The notes beneath the pieces are model-generated. The model was not told where the DNA came from. It did not search any database and saw nothing but the letters and a program-made list of their open reading frames with translations. Below are positions 1-12,100 of a stretch of 64,000 nucleotides of DNA, in pieces (the stretch's first letter is position 1; each line of letters starts with the position of its first letter). The stretch spans positions 1,371,372 through 1,435,371 of the forward strand of contig JAKMXF010000111.1 in NCBI GenBank assembly GCA_024704765.1. The letters are read 5' to 3'. The translations under genes were made by a program, and so were the position numbers. The DNA comes from Oopsacas minuta (Eukaryota > Animalia > Porifera).

Positions 1-41
1 TACTAAGCTAAAGGTTTGTAATAGAGATCGGGTTGTAGCTA

Positions 42-1337
42 TCACTGTGTCTGGTTCTGACACTCAGGGGGTTTGTCTGGAGTTCTCCCTGGAACAAAAT
101 CCGGGTCATTGTCGGAATTGTACTCCCCCTCTCCTTCCCCTGACTCTACACTCTCTTCCTGATCCGACTCAACCTGATCTATCTCCCCAGTGAAGTATAG
201 AACTGCTCGAGAGATAACTTTCTCTTTTATTATCTCTCCCAGTGTGAAGTCTGCTTCAAGTTCGTTCCTAGAATCATCAGACATATCTTCCAGGAAATCC
301 TTTACGACCGGGGGAGTGAAGAACATAAAGAAGCTATCCTGAGGTTCCACCCTTGTGACGTACTTGGGTGAGGCAACCTTCTTGTCCTTCGTTCTACGTC
401 TGATATGTCTCCGCGTCACGTTTTTGCCTTTGTTCCAATGTATCTCGCAACCTTTGCAGTTAACAATCTCAGGGCCTGTAAAACCGAACGGTTCTTCCGG
501 GTCTACTTCACATTTCACATTGTACTGCTTAGTGAGAACTTTGTCAGTAAAGTATTCGTTATCTGCGAAGTAAAACTCAATTGTGAAGTCTAATCCGTCA
601 TGGTTGGGATAAATCATCTTGATATCTTGTAGTGATGCGAGGATAGCTATGTCATGAGTGAAAATATTAGTCTCTAACATGTCTACGTTCTGAAGAACTG
701 TCAACCAAAAGTTAGGTATCCCTCTTGTATCCTCCTCTTTGCTGGCCTCTGCCCCCTTTTCATCTCCGATAGAGAGCTCCTTCACGCCTTCACTAATCGT
801 CCCTGATTCTGTCTCCATATTCCCTCCTTTCCCTTCTTCAGGGATAGCTTCCAATTCCTCCGTCTCATCAGCACCAAACTCTTTGTCTTCGTCCGAGGGC
901 TCCATCACCCCTAGTACCACAGCTGACCGCCTCTGAAATACCTCATCGAATTTGCTCCTGTACTCATTCTCTAGGGTACAAATCTTACGCATGAACTCTG
1001 CTTCCAACTGGAAGTACTCCAGCTGGTACTTCCTCAGAGCTCGTACCCTAGCCTTCACGGAGTCAGGAAGAGACTCTAGATACCCGGAGCTACAGCCTAG
1101 CATTGAGGCCATTTTAGCTTGTAAAGAAGCAAGGAATTTGGGATCCTTGAGTAACCCATCTGTAACAGCTTGTGGGTCTAATATATTGGTGATTGTATCT
1201 GTGTCTTGTGTAGGTGTTACAGGAGCTGCAGGTTGAGCTGTAGCCTCTGCTTCTGAGGTTGTAGAGTCAGGACACTGGTTGTCGTTCTCAGACATCTTAT
1301 AGGGTATAGCTGAGGTTAGCAATGTTGTAATAACCAT
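42..1337 (-). CDS. NAP1L1: Nucleosome assembly protein 1-like histone chaperone (single exon; start may be the MSEND ATG at 1295)
   Basis: 431-aa ORF with NAP motifs (GIPNFWLTVLQN, FTIEFYFADNEYFTDKVLTKQY, GCEIHWNKGKNVT, DSFFMFF) and an acidic C-terminal tail. Confidence 0.93.
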   Translation of the reverse strand: MVITTLLTSAIPYKMSENDNQCPDSTTSEAEATAQPAAPVTPTQDTDTITNILDPQAVTDGLLKDPKFLASLQAKMASMLGCSSGYLESLPDSVKARVRALRKYQLEYFQLEAEFMRKICTLENEYRSKFDEVFQRRSAVVLGVMEPSDEDKEFGADETEELEAIPEEGKGGNMETESGTISEGVKELSIGDEKGAEASKEEDTRGIPNFWLTVLQNVDMLETNIFTHDIAILASLQDIKMIYPNHDGLDFTIEFYFADNEYFTDKVLTKQYNVKCEVDPEEPFGFTGPEIVNCKGCEIHWNKGKNVTRRHIRRRTKDKKVASPKYVTRVEPQDSFFMFFTPPVVKDFLEDMSDDSRNELEADFTLGEIIKEKVISRAVLYFTGEIDQVESDQEESVESGEGEGEYNSDNDPDFVPGRTPDKPPECQNQTQ

Positions 1338-1353
1338 TCATGAATAGCAGAAA

Positions 1354-1412
1354 TGTACTAGTATAGTACTAGCATAGTATAGTACTAGCATAGTACTAGT
1401 ATAGTACTAGTA
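1354..1412. repeat. Short palindromic microsatellite (TACTAG[T/C]ATAG)n just upstream of NAP1
   Basis: About five copies of an 11-mer; TAGTACTA and TACTAGTA cores are self-complementary. Confidence 0.85.
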
Positions 1413-1925
1413 TTTTATTGACGGCTTCGTTAATTCAAAAATATGAAAATTAGAATTTACTTTGTCAAATATTTCGTGCTGAATTAATTTATGATTATAA
1501 ATAAAATGTTAAAAAATAGGTAAGTAGTTGGATAATAATTTTGTTTACATAAGTTATGTAAACAGCTACACTTTTCGAATAAATTAATAATTCAGCATTG
1601 CTATTATTTGAGCATTCAAAATAATATTTACATCATCAAATTCGAGCTGAAAACAGCTAGAATTTGGCTGTTTTAAAATACAAAATAAATATCGGAAGGT
1701 ACATTTAAGCGCTATGTTTCTATAATAATTTTTACAGAATATTTTTCAAGAATGTCTCTCAAATTTATGTAATATAATTGGAAGGCAAGTAGAAATATGA
1801 ATTTTTTAATAGCTGTTAACAGCAACAATTTTTCGTGGGTTGTTAACAGCTAAGCTGTTTCATCCCTGTACACAACACGTATCTATTGATACAGGTTATC
1901 ATCACTTGTCATACTATACATAGAT

Positions 1926-2800
1926 ATGCCGCGAAGAGTAAGTAAAAGAGTAACAAAGAGATCTTCCGACTCACAAACATCTGAAGAGTCTACTCCAAAG
2001 AAAACTAAAGTAACTCCCTCTCCAAGACGTAGGAAAGCAGTATCTAAGAAAATCACGAGATTGTCTCCTCGTATTAACAAACTATCAACTTCTCCTAGCA
2101 AGACTCTACTGGAAAAGAGGAGAGCGGTCAGTTACTGATTCTAACAGAAAATATTTGTTCTTTGAATACAACTATGTTACTTGACAATTTCAATAATTTG
2201 TGTTAAGGAAAACTATTTTGGATAATTATTATTCCAAATATGCAACCATTTTTCATTAAATAACCTAAAAGTAGGTTAAATCCTACACACATGTCTACCT
2301 AGGCTAGAGAGGAACATCTGGAAACACCTAGCCCACTGAGCAAGAGAACACCACCTAATGATGATTTGGATATATCATTAGACTATATAACACCCAAGAA
2401 GAGGAATAAGTATGAAAAACTGAATGACGTATTTAATTTCAGATATGAAGACAAAGTTGTTGTACCATCCTCTCCTATACTACCCTCTCTACCTGTCTTT
2501 AAAAAGTTTTCTCCCAGCCCATCCCTCCCACTACCGTTAGGACAACCTACTGATGCAATGCGAGCAGTGGCTACAAACGCCGAGCTGAGGAGAGGAAGAG
2601 GAAGAAATAAGAAGAAACATATAGTACAAGTACCAGATGATGATGATGATGATGATGAGTTAGAAATTATTTCTATTGTTAAAACACCTAAAGCAAAGAC
2701 TGCTAAGAGAAAAACAACCAGTAATGACCCTCTATCTAACCCTACATCTGAGATGATTAAAGTTATGCACAGTCAGGGTATAGGCAGGAGGAAGAAATAA
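1926..2800 (+). CDS. Basic, Ser/Pro-rich unknown protein; predicted two exons (1926-2126, 2303-2800), about 232 aa
   Basis: Phase-0 donor GCG|GTCAGT at 2127 and acceptor CCTAG|GCT at 2301-2302 join ORFs 1926..2138 and 2366..2800 in frame. Contains K/R clusters and an Asp tract. Confidence 0.55.
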
Positions 2801-3725
2801 TTATGTCTGCGACAAATCACTTAGCTATTTATCAAAAGCTTAGGGTTACTCATTCTCTTATTGTAGTGAAAATCTGCTAACACGCCTGTTTGTACGATTA
2901 AATAAGATAAATTTAGTGAATGTTTATTCTCTCACACAATAAGTATATTGTGATACTATTGTTTGAACAAATAACAAACTCTGCAGATTATTTACTTATA
3001 TTTAATTTTGGGAACAAAGATATGCAAACCGTTTGAGATAAGGGTTATAAGGAGGAACCTAGGGGCTGTAGAGCATACTTTGGACCCCGACATCTCAAAT
3101 AGATGTTACTTTCCCGAGAAGGTAGAGAGTATGATAGATAGAATAATAAAAATATATTTCTTAAATAGATCAATCAACCAATACATAAACCGATTATGAA
3201 ATTTAGAATAATCTTACATTACAGAAGTAGAATATCAATCATTATTAGAATATGCTTGTTCTGAAACTGTAATACAGTAGCAAATAATACTATTTCTTTC
3301 GGTAGAAACACTACTAGACACTTACTAGTGAATAATGTAGTATTGTTGCCTCCATAGCTTGCTTATAGCCATAGAGCTAATACAAATTAATGTGTAAACT
3401 CACTAGACTGGTCCAGGTTTTGTGGAGTTTAGAGCCTCTGCCTGCTCTGCAGAGTGCCGACTAATACAATATTTGATAAGATTTAAATTATACAATTAAT
3501 TAATTAATTATGAGGTAATTAAATGCATATGAGTAATGAGGTTGCTAACTATTTATAAATTCATAATTGGAGTAATAGAACTATAAAAAAAAAGGCAACT
3601 CAAAACAGGATCTTTGTTAGATACGGAATCTCGCATAGGAATGTGAACTATACATGTATATTGAGTATGTCAGGAGTGTGGATTACCTCTCAAGTATAAT
3701 CTGTTGTATCTGTGAGCTTGATAGA

Positions 3726-6700
3726 CTAGTAACGCACCCCAGGAGGAAGTGGGTGAGGAACAGGCTGCTTGTTCTGCATTATTTGTCTAACTTCTTTAGA
3801 TGCCTCACTGATGGAGGCAGTGGTTACTGACACTGTGTCTGGAGATACCCTTGCTCTGGAAACAGTCAGAGCATCAGGCTGAGCCTGTGGCATAAAGAGG
3901 GTTCCACTGAATGGAGAGTCAAAATTGGTGGGAAAGAGAGGGGCAGGTGGAGCCATTGAAGATTTAGGGCCTGTCGTGTTCATGATATCTACGTAACGAG
4001 AACGGGTATTGAAACTCATGATACCCTGCGGTTCGGTAGGAGGGAGGGTCCCGGGAATGCTGAGAGGTGCTAGGTCAATGTCTTTGGGTGGGGAAATAGG
4101 AGCAGCTGATTCTTGTTCCCCTCCAATCTTATCTATCCACATACCTTTGTCGTAGTCGTAGAAGAACCGATCTGACTTAGTTGGCAGTCTCATCTGATTT
4201 TTGTTAAGAGATTTGGATCGAAACCTCCCTACAATATTCCCTACCCATGAGCTGCCCCCTGTCTGACCTCCGTTATCAGCACTACCTGTAAAGGGGCGGT
4301 TTATCGAGTCAGATGGACTCTGAGGGGTGCTAATGATACCAGGAGGTAGAGGACTGGAATCAAGAGAGGGGATATCAAAGTCTACTTCTTCATCTGTGTT
4401 ATGTCCCCCTCCTCCCATCAAGCTCTCATCTCCAGCAGACTTGTAACTCTCAGTAGTAGCTTCATCATCCTCAACAACTCCAAATCCCTCTCTAAACATA
4501 CTAGCCTCTGGTGTAGAGAATGCTACAGCATCAGGTAACACATTAACCTGAGACTGTGTAGCCTGAGGATGAGCATATGCTGGTCCTGAGACAGGATTCA
4601 CTCCGAATTGGCGGTTAGGTATAATGCTCAGCTGTTTGCTGTCTGGGTATGGAGACATGAGAGATGGGGTGGGTGTGAGGAGCGGGATGGAAGGTGTGGG
4701 TACATATATACCACCTCCCTGCTGTTGCTCTATGTAGGAAGATATCATAGATATCCATCTCGGGTAATGAGGAGGATCGTGTAGAGGGGTAGAGGGTAGT
4801 TGTATAAGAGACCCGTGTAGCAGATCGGATAGAGAGAGCAGGTGTGAGAGGAATCCTATTGAATAGGAGTATGGCTGTTTCTGAACAGAAGCAAATATAG
4901 CCTCACAATAAGAGAAAGCCTTTTGCAGGAGTCCAGCCTCTGCGTAGAGGACAGCTATTCGGTATTTAAAGGGCTGAAAGCCTTGTAGAGAGAATTCTGA
5001 GTTGGAGAGGGAGCGAGCATATTCGTACACTTCTGTCTTGTGCAGCTCTTCAGGACCTACACACCTGGAGCCGAGATGGAAACCAGATCCCTCTACTCCC
5101 AGCAGAGAGTACTTGCTCTCTTTATCTCCCCACCCACCCAGGGGGTATCCTTGTAACAGTCTTACAAGATGTGCTGCATTGGTGTGCGAGCACTCAGCAA
5201 GATTGTCAGCTAGAGAGGAGATAGATGTTTCAGAGGCTGGTAGATTCCTGTGAGATATCAGCATGGCTAGATGTTGCTTCCAGTTGTGGCCTTCTCTCAG
5301 ATAGAAGGCGTGTACTCCGTGTGGACGCTTCCCCACCACAGCACTGTAGTAACACTGCAGAGGGTCAGAAGCATGCAGAGAGTATGTGAACCTATCCTGT
5401 ACAGAAGCTCTGGTATGTTCGTCTAAAGTCTGAGCTAACAACAGTGCATGTGTCCATAGCTTCTGCTCAGTACAGAATTCTACTGCTTCTTTGATCCGTC
5501 TCTGTAGTACCAGCTGTCTTAACTTCTCTCCCACCTCTCTGCTCTCCAGCTGATTCTGTCCTTCTATCTGTCGTGTGTTGAAGGAACCTCCCTGAGTCAG
5601 CAGCTCTACCACATCTGACGTCACTAGCACTCCATTCTGAGCACACAGTCGTGACAAATACTCCCACATGAGGGCATTGTCTGTGTCGCCTATCGTCTGG
5701 GAAGCAGTCACGTGTTCCTTGGTGAAGCGTACTACTTCTGACTTTACGGAGAGCGAGTTTAGAGGACCTGGGAAGGAATCGTGCTTTGCTAAGAGAGGCA
5801 ACTGACACACTTCATGTAGCTTGCGTATCTTAACTCCGCTGACAGAGTTGTATGGAGTGAGTAGCAGAGCTCCGTTACTGCTGAATGTAGCCTTGACGTG
5901 AGGATAGTCGAATAGAAGAGGTGTGTTACGCTGTGTTTCTAGGTCAGGCACTGGTGTAGAGCTCTGATTAACGTACCCAAACGAGATATGTTGAGCAGAT
6001 AGCTTTTCCAACAAGAAAGAAGATTCTAGAGGATGCTGTGGTTCTTGCTGTAATTGTTCTTGATGCTGTTCTTCAGCTCCAGCGCTATAGATAGATCCTA
6101 TCTCAGTAGTATCATCAGCTAGACTCGGAGCATAACTACCCATTCTACTACCTGGATGACTCATGTATGGGTACATATGTGGATTCATTGGATAGTAAGG
6201 AAATGGGTAAGGAGGGTAACCAGGAGGTACTATCTGTTGGTCCTCCCCAGCTTCCCCATTAGGAACATAAGGGGGATAGAACATGTACGGATACTGGTAT
6301 TGATAAGGGTTGTAGTAAGGGAAGTATCCCTGAGGAGGGTAACCAACTGTAGGGTCTTCTTCCTTCGGGGCGGGACCAGGAGCAGGCCATCTTTGCATAG
6401 GAGGGTAGCCGTAAGGAGGATAAGGGTACTCTGGATTAGCTGGCATGGTGAGGTTAGGATCAGTGTATGGTTTGGGAGGTTGAGGTAGGTATCTGTGGGT
6501 ATGTGTGTCTGGTACTGGAGGCAGCTCCCTGTGCCTCTGCTCAGAGGTGTAGACTGCTGCATCAGGTAGTGTGTTGGTAACAGGAGGAGGGGATGTCTTA
6601 GGAGGGTCAGAGGTAGAGACAGGAAGATCTGTTGTTATTTGAGGAGGTTTGGGAACAGCAGAGAACGGCCTGCTAGCTCGGCTGCGTCTGGCTGGTTCAG

Positions 6701-8276
6701 ATGTCCTAGAACTAGGTCTAGACACATGTTGTGGAGCTAGAGATGTGTAGGAAGAGGTACGAGTTACATGGTGAGTACCTCCACTAGAATTCTGTCTATC
6801 CTGATCACTACCAGTACCTGTATCACCCGTGTCAGGAATATTAGATACGTGACGCTTAGAACTGCTCTTGATCTTCTTGCGCTGCTTGGAGGGAGGAGCA
6901 GGTGTGAATCTTGGCTCCAGAGCAGATCTACATCGAGGCAGGCCATCGTCTGACGCACCTATACTCAGCTCTGATCTAGATACTCTACCGTTAGAATACA
7001 TCTGTTGTACTTCTAAGTCATTCCTGTCCATTACTGGGAGAGGAGCTGGCATGTTCTTGGAAGGAGGGTTAAGTGGGTGGAACATGGAGCTAGAAGGAGC
7101 AGGTTTTACAAAAGCAGAGTTAGATGGTGTAGGGAACCTCTTCATAGTCATATTGTATTTCTGCTCCGTTAGCAGTGTATTTAGTTGTGGACTGATATCT
7201 CTTTGCTGCTGGTTAGCACGTGTTGAAAGAGGGTTAGATTGGGTGTGTAGAAGTGAGTAATGTTGTTGAGTAGATGTAACAACTGGTGGTAGATTGGAAT
7301 GTTCTAGCGCGTATGTGTTAGCTTTTGTGCTAGCATTATAAGATTCAATTTCTAATTGTGAGTTAGTAGGTATTATAACCTGACTACCGTGTGTGCTCGT
7401 GGAATGTTGCTGAACTTCAGACGGATAATGTGGTGTATAGTTTTGTTCATGTGTGTTGTAGTTATGTTGATATGAACTTTGTTTATCTCTTGTCAGGTTT
7501 GAGTTATGTGTGTGTTGGAGAGAAGGATCAGCTGATCTATTCTCCACAGCTTCTCCGCCAGAGTATGCTGGCTCATTACAAATTGTTTCGTGGGAGTGGG
7601 ATAGATCTACTTGTCCTATGTGGGAGGGTGGGAGTCTTGTTCCAGTATCAGGAGAGAGGGTGGGGATAGAGGCGGGGAGTAGTCCAGGCGTCTTAATTCC
7701 AGAAGAACTTGAGCTATTAGGAGTATTCGAAGATGATGTATTTCCAGCTAATTTTATCCCTGTTACTCTCTCCTTCAACTCTTCACTCTTGAAGGAGTAA
7801 TCAAGGTTAATTAGATCTGTAGCTGTATCAGAGAGTATAGAGGTTTCTTGCTCTCGCTTAGCTTCCAGCAAATATTCCTGTTCAATCGGGTCACACCCCT
7901 CTAGTTCCACCCCGGTGTTATGTCCGTCGGAGACAGGAGGAAGGTAATCTCCATTCTGGGATTTAGACTCATTGGGTGGATAGGAGGTCCAGGGATGTGT
8001 GATAGGAGGCAATCTAGCAGGGTGTGCATGGGGGGGTAAGAACGGTAGAGAATTCGTTGGGGGGATTTTTGGAGGATCCAGTAACTTGACTCTAGTTACA
8101 GGGATAGATGAAGTTGAATGGGAGGGAGGAATATTTGGGTTATCAGAATCGCTGAAGAGGAATGAGGCAGATTGTAAGGCATCTGCTCCACCACTATCGT
8201 TTGCTGTAAAGCTGTTAGCAATTGAGTTATCAAAATCACTATTGAAGAAGTTTACTTCATTATCTTGGCTATTCAT
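3726..8276 (-). CDS. SEC16A: Protein transport protein SEC16 (ER exit site scaffold), single exon
   Basis: 1516 aa: long low-complexity Pro/Ser/Tyr N-terminus, central conserved domain (FPGPL, LWTHALLLA, DPLQCYY, NWKQHLAMLISH, EVYEYARSL, FQPFKYRIAVLYAEAGL), and C-terminal FFYDYDKGMWIDK and RSRYVDI motifs. Confidence 0.9.
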   Translation of the reverse strand: MNSQDNEVNFFNSDFDNSIANSFTANDSGGADALQSASFLFSDSDNPNIPPSHSTSSIPVTRVKLLDPPKIPPTNSLPFLPPHAHPARLPPITHPWTSYPPNESKSQNGDYLPPVSDGHNTGVELEGCDPIEQEYLLEAKREQETSILSDTATDLINLDYSFKSEELKERVTGIKLAGNTSSSNTPNSSSSSGIKTPGLLPASIPTLSPDTGTRLPPSHIGQVDLSHSHETICNEPAYSGGEAVENRSADPSLQHTHNSNLTRDKQSSYQHNYNTHEQNYTPHYPSEVQQHSTSTHGSQVIIPTNSQLEIESYNASTKANTYALEHSNLPPVVTSTQQHYSLLHTQSNPLSTRANQQQRDISPQLNTLLTEQKYNMTMKRFPTPSNSAFVKPAPSSSMFHPLNPPSKNMPAPLPVMDRNDLEVQQMYSNGRVSRSELSIGASDDGLPRCRSALEPRFTPAPPSKQRKKIKSSSKRHVSNIPDTGDTGTGSDQDRQNSSGGTHHVTRTSSYTSLAPQHVSRPSSRTSEPARRSRASRPFSAVPKPPQITTDLPVSTSDPPKTSPPPVTNTLPDAAVYTSEQRHRELPPVPDTHTHRYLPQPPKPYTDPNLTMPANPEYPYPPYGYPPMQRWPAPGPAPKEEDPTVGYPPQGYFPYYNPYQYQYPYMFYPPYVPNGEAGEDQQIVPPGYPPYPFPYYPMNPHMYPYMSHPGSRMGSYAPSLADDTTEIGSIYSAGAEEQHQEQLQQEPQHPLESSFLLEKLSAQHISFGYVNQSSTPVPDLETQRNTPLLFDYPHVKATFSSNGALLLTPYNSVSGVKIRKLHEVCQLPLLAKHDSFPGPLNSLSVKSEVVRFTKEHVTASQTIGDTDNALMWEYLSRLCAQNGVLVTSDVVELLTQGGSFNTRQIEGQNQLESREVGEKLRQLVLQRRIKEAVEFCTEQKLWTHALLLAQTLDEHTRASVQDRFTYSLHASDPLQCYYSAVVGKRPHGVHAFYLREGHNWKQHLAMLISHRNLPASETSISSLADNLAECSHTNAAHLVRLLQGYPLGGWGDKESKYSLLGVEGSGFHLGSRCVGPEELHKTEVYEYARSLSNSEFSLQGFQPFKYRIAVLYAEAGLLQKAFSYCEAIFASVQKQPYSYSIGFLSHLLSLSDLLHGSLIQLPSTPLHDPPHYPRWISMISSYIEQQQGGGIYVPTPSIPLLTPTPSLMSPYPDSKQLSIIPNRQFGVNPVSGPAYAHPQATQSQVNVLPDAVAFSTPEASMFREGFGVVEDDEATTESYKSAGDESLMGGGGHNTDEEVDFDIPSLDSSPLPPGIISTPQSPSDSINRPFTGSADNGGQTGGSSWVGNIVGRFRSKSLNKNQMRLPTKSDRFFYDYDKGMWIDKIGGEQESAAPISPPKDIDLAPLSIPGTLPPTEPQGIMSFNTRSRYVDIMNTTGPKSSMAPPAPLFPTNFDSPFSGTLFMPQAQPDALTVSRARVSPDTVSVTTASISEASKEVRQIMQNKQPVPHPLPPGVRY

Positions 8277-9152
8277 CCTTCTGAATTCTGATACATTATC
8301 TAGTTACTGTCCAATGTAAGCAGATTATATAAAGTCTACCAACGATAGTATTATGATGCTATAACCACTATATATCAATACTGATACGGATTACCAATTT
8401 TATGTAAGGACATGGAAGTTACGTAACGCGTATGTTAACTTAATGGATTGTACAGAATACTGCGCTTAATCAGGTCACTTAATAGAGCACTAGTTAATCA
8501 GGTCACTTGACTAGGAACAAAACTATAAGAATAGCGTAAATTATCTTCATTTACCTTGGTTAATCGGGTCAACAACTTTATTTCGATGGCTAAAATGGCC
8601 TCCTGGTCCCTAAGTGACCCTTAAGCGCGAGCCTACTATTCAAGAAAACCAGAATTTTATTACTATATACGTAGTACTATTAGGCCAGATGGTAATTAGA
8701 CACGACTGACAAATGCTAATTACTTGCATAATCTCAGATGTTATGGACATCTGGATATATAGAAGTATATGTATAGTGTAGATGACTGATACTGTCGACG
8801 AGATTCTTACGAAGCAATTTAGATATTGGAGGAATGGTCATTTCTCGAATTATGGAAATTCGCAATTTCTAGCTCTTGGCGTATACTTAGGCTCTAATAT
8901 CTCGTCAGCAGAATTGGGCTTCAAAATAACATCATGCATGAAGAATGAGAATTATTCTCAATTTTATAATGATAAAATATCTACTGAAGGGAAAAATACA
9001 TCGCTAATTCAGGGGTAAAATCAAACTGTGACTGTATGTTAATTTAAATGGAATAGGTTATGCCTACAAAATACAACTAAGTGAAATTCTGCAAAGTACT
9101 CGTGTCCAAATTTAACTGAATAGAAATACCTATCGAAGTGATGTAGTTAGAA

Positions 9153-12100
9153 TTAAAATAGTCCGAATATTTCTCCAGTCTCTGAGTCCAGATCTATATC
9201 AATGAAAGCTGGCCTCGTAGGCAATCCTGGCATTGTCATGATAGGCCCTAACAGAGGAAACAGGAATCCTGCTCCAGCACTGGGACGGATATCCCTGATA
9301 GGAACAACAAACCCACAAGGTGCTCCTTTGAGAGAAGGATCGTGTGAGAGAGATAAATGAGTTTTAGCCATACAGACAGGTAGTTTATCCATTCCGTCTC
9401 TAGTCAGTCCATCAATAATAGATTGTACTTCCGGTGATACCTCTATGTCAGCAGCTCCGTATATCTTAGTAGCTATCATCCTTATCTTATCCTTAATACT
9501 CATTTCTAACGGGTATAAGAATTTAAAGCTACGAGGTTGCTGTACTGCTTGCATGACTGCCTCTGCTAGGTCTTTCCCTCCCTTGCTGCCCTCTGCCCAG
9601 TGGTTAGACACAACAGCTGTGAATGCTCCAGCCTTTATAGCCTGATCACGCGCTATTTCTAGTTCTGCATCTGTATCTGTTGAAAATCGGTTAATACATA
9701 CTACCACAGGTATTCCAAAAAGTTTAGCATTCTCAATCTGTTTACACAGGTTAGAGCAGCCAGTTTCTACTAGAGGTAGATTCTCTTCTTTGTACACGGA
9801 ATCTAGAGGTTTCCCTGATATCACGGCAGGACCTCCTCCATGCATTTTTAGTGCACGTACAGACGCTACCATTACCACACAGTCAGGTGACAAACCGCTG
9901 TATCGACACTTTATATCACAGAACTTCTCCATACCTATGTCTGCCCCGAATCCCGCCTCAGTAACCACGAACCCCTGCTCCCCCACCAGCTTCAATGCTA
10001 TCAGGTCAGCCAGCACCGATGAGTTACCGTGAGCAATGTTAGCAAAAGGACCACAATGCACCAATACTGGTGTTCCCTCCATAGTCTGCATGAGGTTAGG
10101 ATTGAGAGCATCCTTGAGCAAGACTGCCATAGCTCCTCTCATTCCTATATCATCAGCTGTTACAGGCTGTCCTGCAGTACTGTATGCTACTACCATACGA
10201 CCCAGTTTGTCCTTAAGGTCTGACAAGTTCTTAGACAGACTTAATACAGCCATTATCTCGCTAGCTACACTGATATCCATCTGTGTTTGTCTTGTGTGTC
10301 CTTTCTCCGTGGGACTCTCTCCCACAGTCATTTGTCTCAAGAACCTATCACTAATGTCAACTACTCGGTGCCATATTATTCTATCCTTGTCAATATCTAA
10401 TCTACTGAACTTCCTCTTCTCTTCAGGAGTTAGCAGGAGAGGATCTCTCTCCTCTATTCCCAGTCTAACCAGCCGTCTCACTTGTGAATCACTGAACCGT
10501 TTGGCATTCTGTTTGTCAGTAGTCAGACGCTCAAACAGAGCTTCATCACTCTGAGTAGACTCGTGGAAGTACCTGACATCAACAGCTGCTGCTAACAGAT
10601 TATTGGCAGCTGTCACAGCATGTATGTCACCTGTCAGATGGAGATTGAATGTCTCCATGGGTATTACTTGAGAGTATCCTCCTCCAGCTGCCCCGCCCTT
10701 TATCCCAAATGTAGGCCCTTGAGAAGGTTGTCTGATACAAGCTATGCAGTTCCTACGCATCCCTGCTCCCAGCGCTTGACTGAGTCCTATTGTAGTAGTA
10801 CTCTTACCCTCTCCCAGAGGAGTAGGGGTGATAGCTGTTATCAGTACATAGGATCCTGTAGGAGAATACAGCGTAAGATTAACATACATTATAATCGCGA
10901 GGAATTGAAATGGAGTACTCATTTAGCATTCTTGAATTGTGCATATATTAGTATGAATATTCGTATAAGTAGGTAAGGTAGTATGTACAATTACATACTG
11001 CATACAAAGAATATAACATTCTAGTATGAATCTATTCACCAATTCCACTAACGTGCTCCTGTAGTGTGCATTATAATTTATGCCTATTTCTACTACACCC
11101 AGGAGACGATTATTCAATGATACTACCCTTAGATATAACTCCTGTAATTTGTTATCTCACTAGATACACTACAGTTACTGTAGATTGAGTTACGTAATTA
11201 CACAATTTACCGTTGGGTCGTTCCTTGATCCTGTCCAGTACCGAGAGACTAATCTTAGCTTTGTCACGTCCATAAGCCTCTACCTCAGAGGGGAGTAGAC
11301 CTATCTCAGCTGCTAGCAGCTCTATACCCTTAGCTCTTTGGTGCTTAGCTATGTCCAAGTCACTAGGGACAGGTTTCTGCAGATTGAGGGGGAGTAGTCT
11401 GAGGGACCAGGATGCTAGAGACGCCCCCTGACATCGGAGAGCTGCATCTAGAGTTGCCTGCATTAACATAGCTACTGTCATAGGTCCCACACCCCCAGGT
11501 ACAGGGGTAATGTGTCCAGCTGTTTCTCTAGCAGAATCAAAGTCTACATCCCCCACCAGTCTGTAGCCTGATTTTTTGCTAGAATCTGGAATTGAATTAA
11601 TACCGCAATCTATAACCACAGAGCCGGGTTTAAGCCAGTCTCCCTTCACCATCTGAGGCTTTCGTATAGCTACAACCAACACGTCAGCTGCTGATACAAT
11701 TTGAGGCAGGTTCTGGGTCCGTGAGTGACAGGTAGTGACAGTAGCATCGTGAGCTATCAGCAGGTCTCTCATTGGAGCTCCAACTATCTTACTACGTCCT
11801 AAAACAACAGCTGTTTTACCAGACAGATTAATTCCTGTCTCTTTGATGAGATGCATAACACCACGAGGTGTGCATGGAGTGAATCCTGTCATAACTCCTC
11901 TTGACAGCTTGCCAGCATTGTCATCTGTTAGGCCGTCAACATCTTTGAGTGGAGATATTGAGTTAGTGCAGTTATCTGCGTCTATCTTCTCACTGGTAGC
12001 TAGTGGAAGCTGTAGAATAACTCCGTGTACACCAGGATCTGTGTTCAGTGCGGTTAGTTCTGTTACAACCTGTGTAGAGAGTATATTCAATAATGTTGAT

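Noticed and set aside
3008-3199. 63-aa ORF near the SEC16 3' end, and similar short intergenic ORFs (8782, 13139, 15626-16185, 19199, 27303)
   Set aside because: Short, with no motifs; several overlap MITEs or AT-rich spacer DNA.
5002-7800. Numerous small overlapping and antisense ORFs inside SEC16 (likewise inside MTHFD1, DGK, RhoGEF and VLIG)
   Set aside because: Shadow ORFs of long coding regions, with no recognisable domains.
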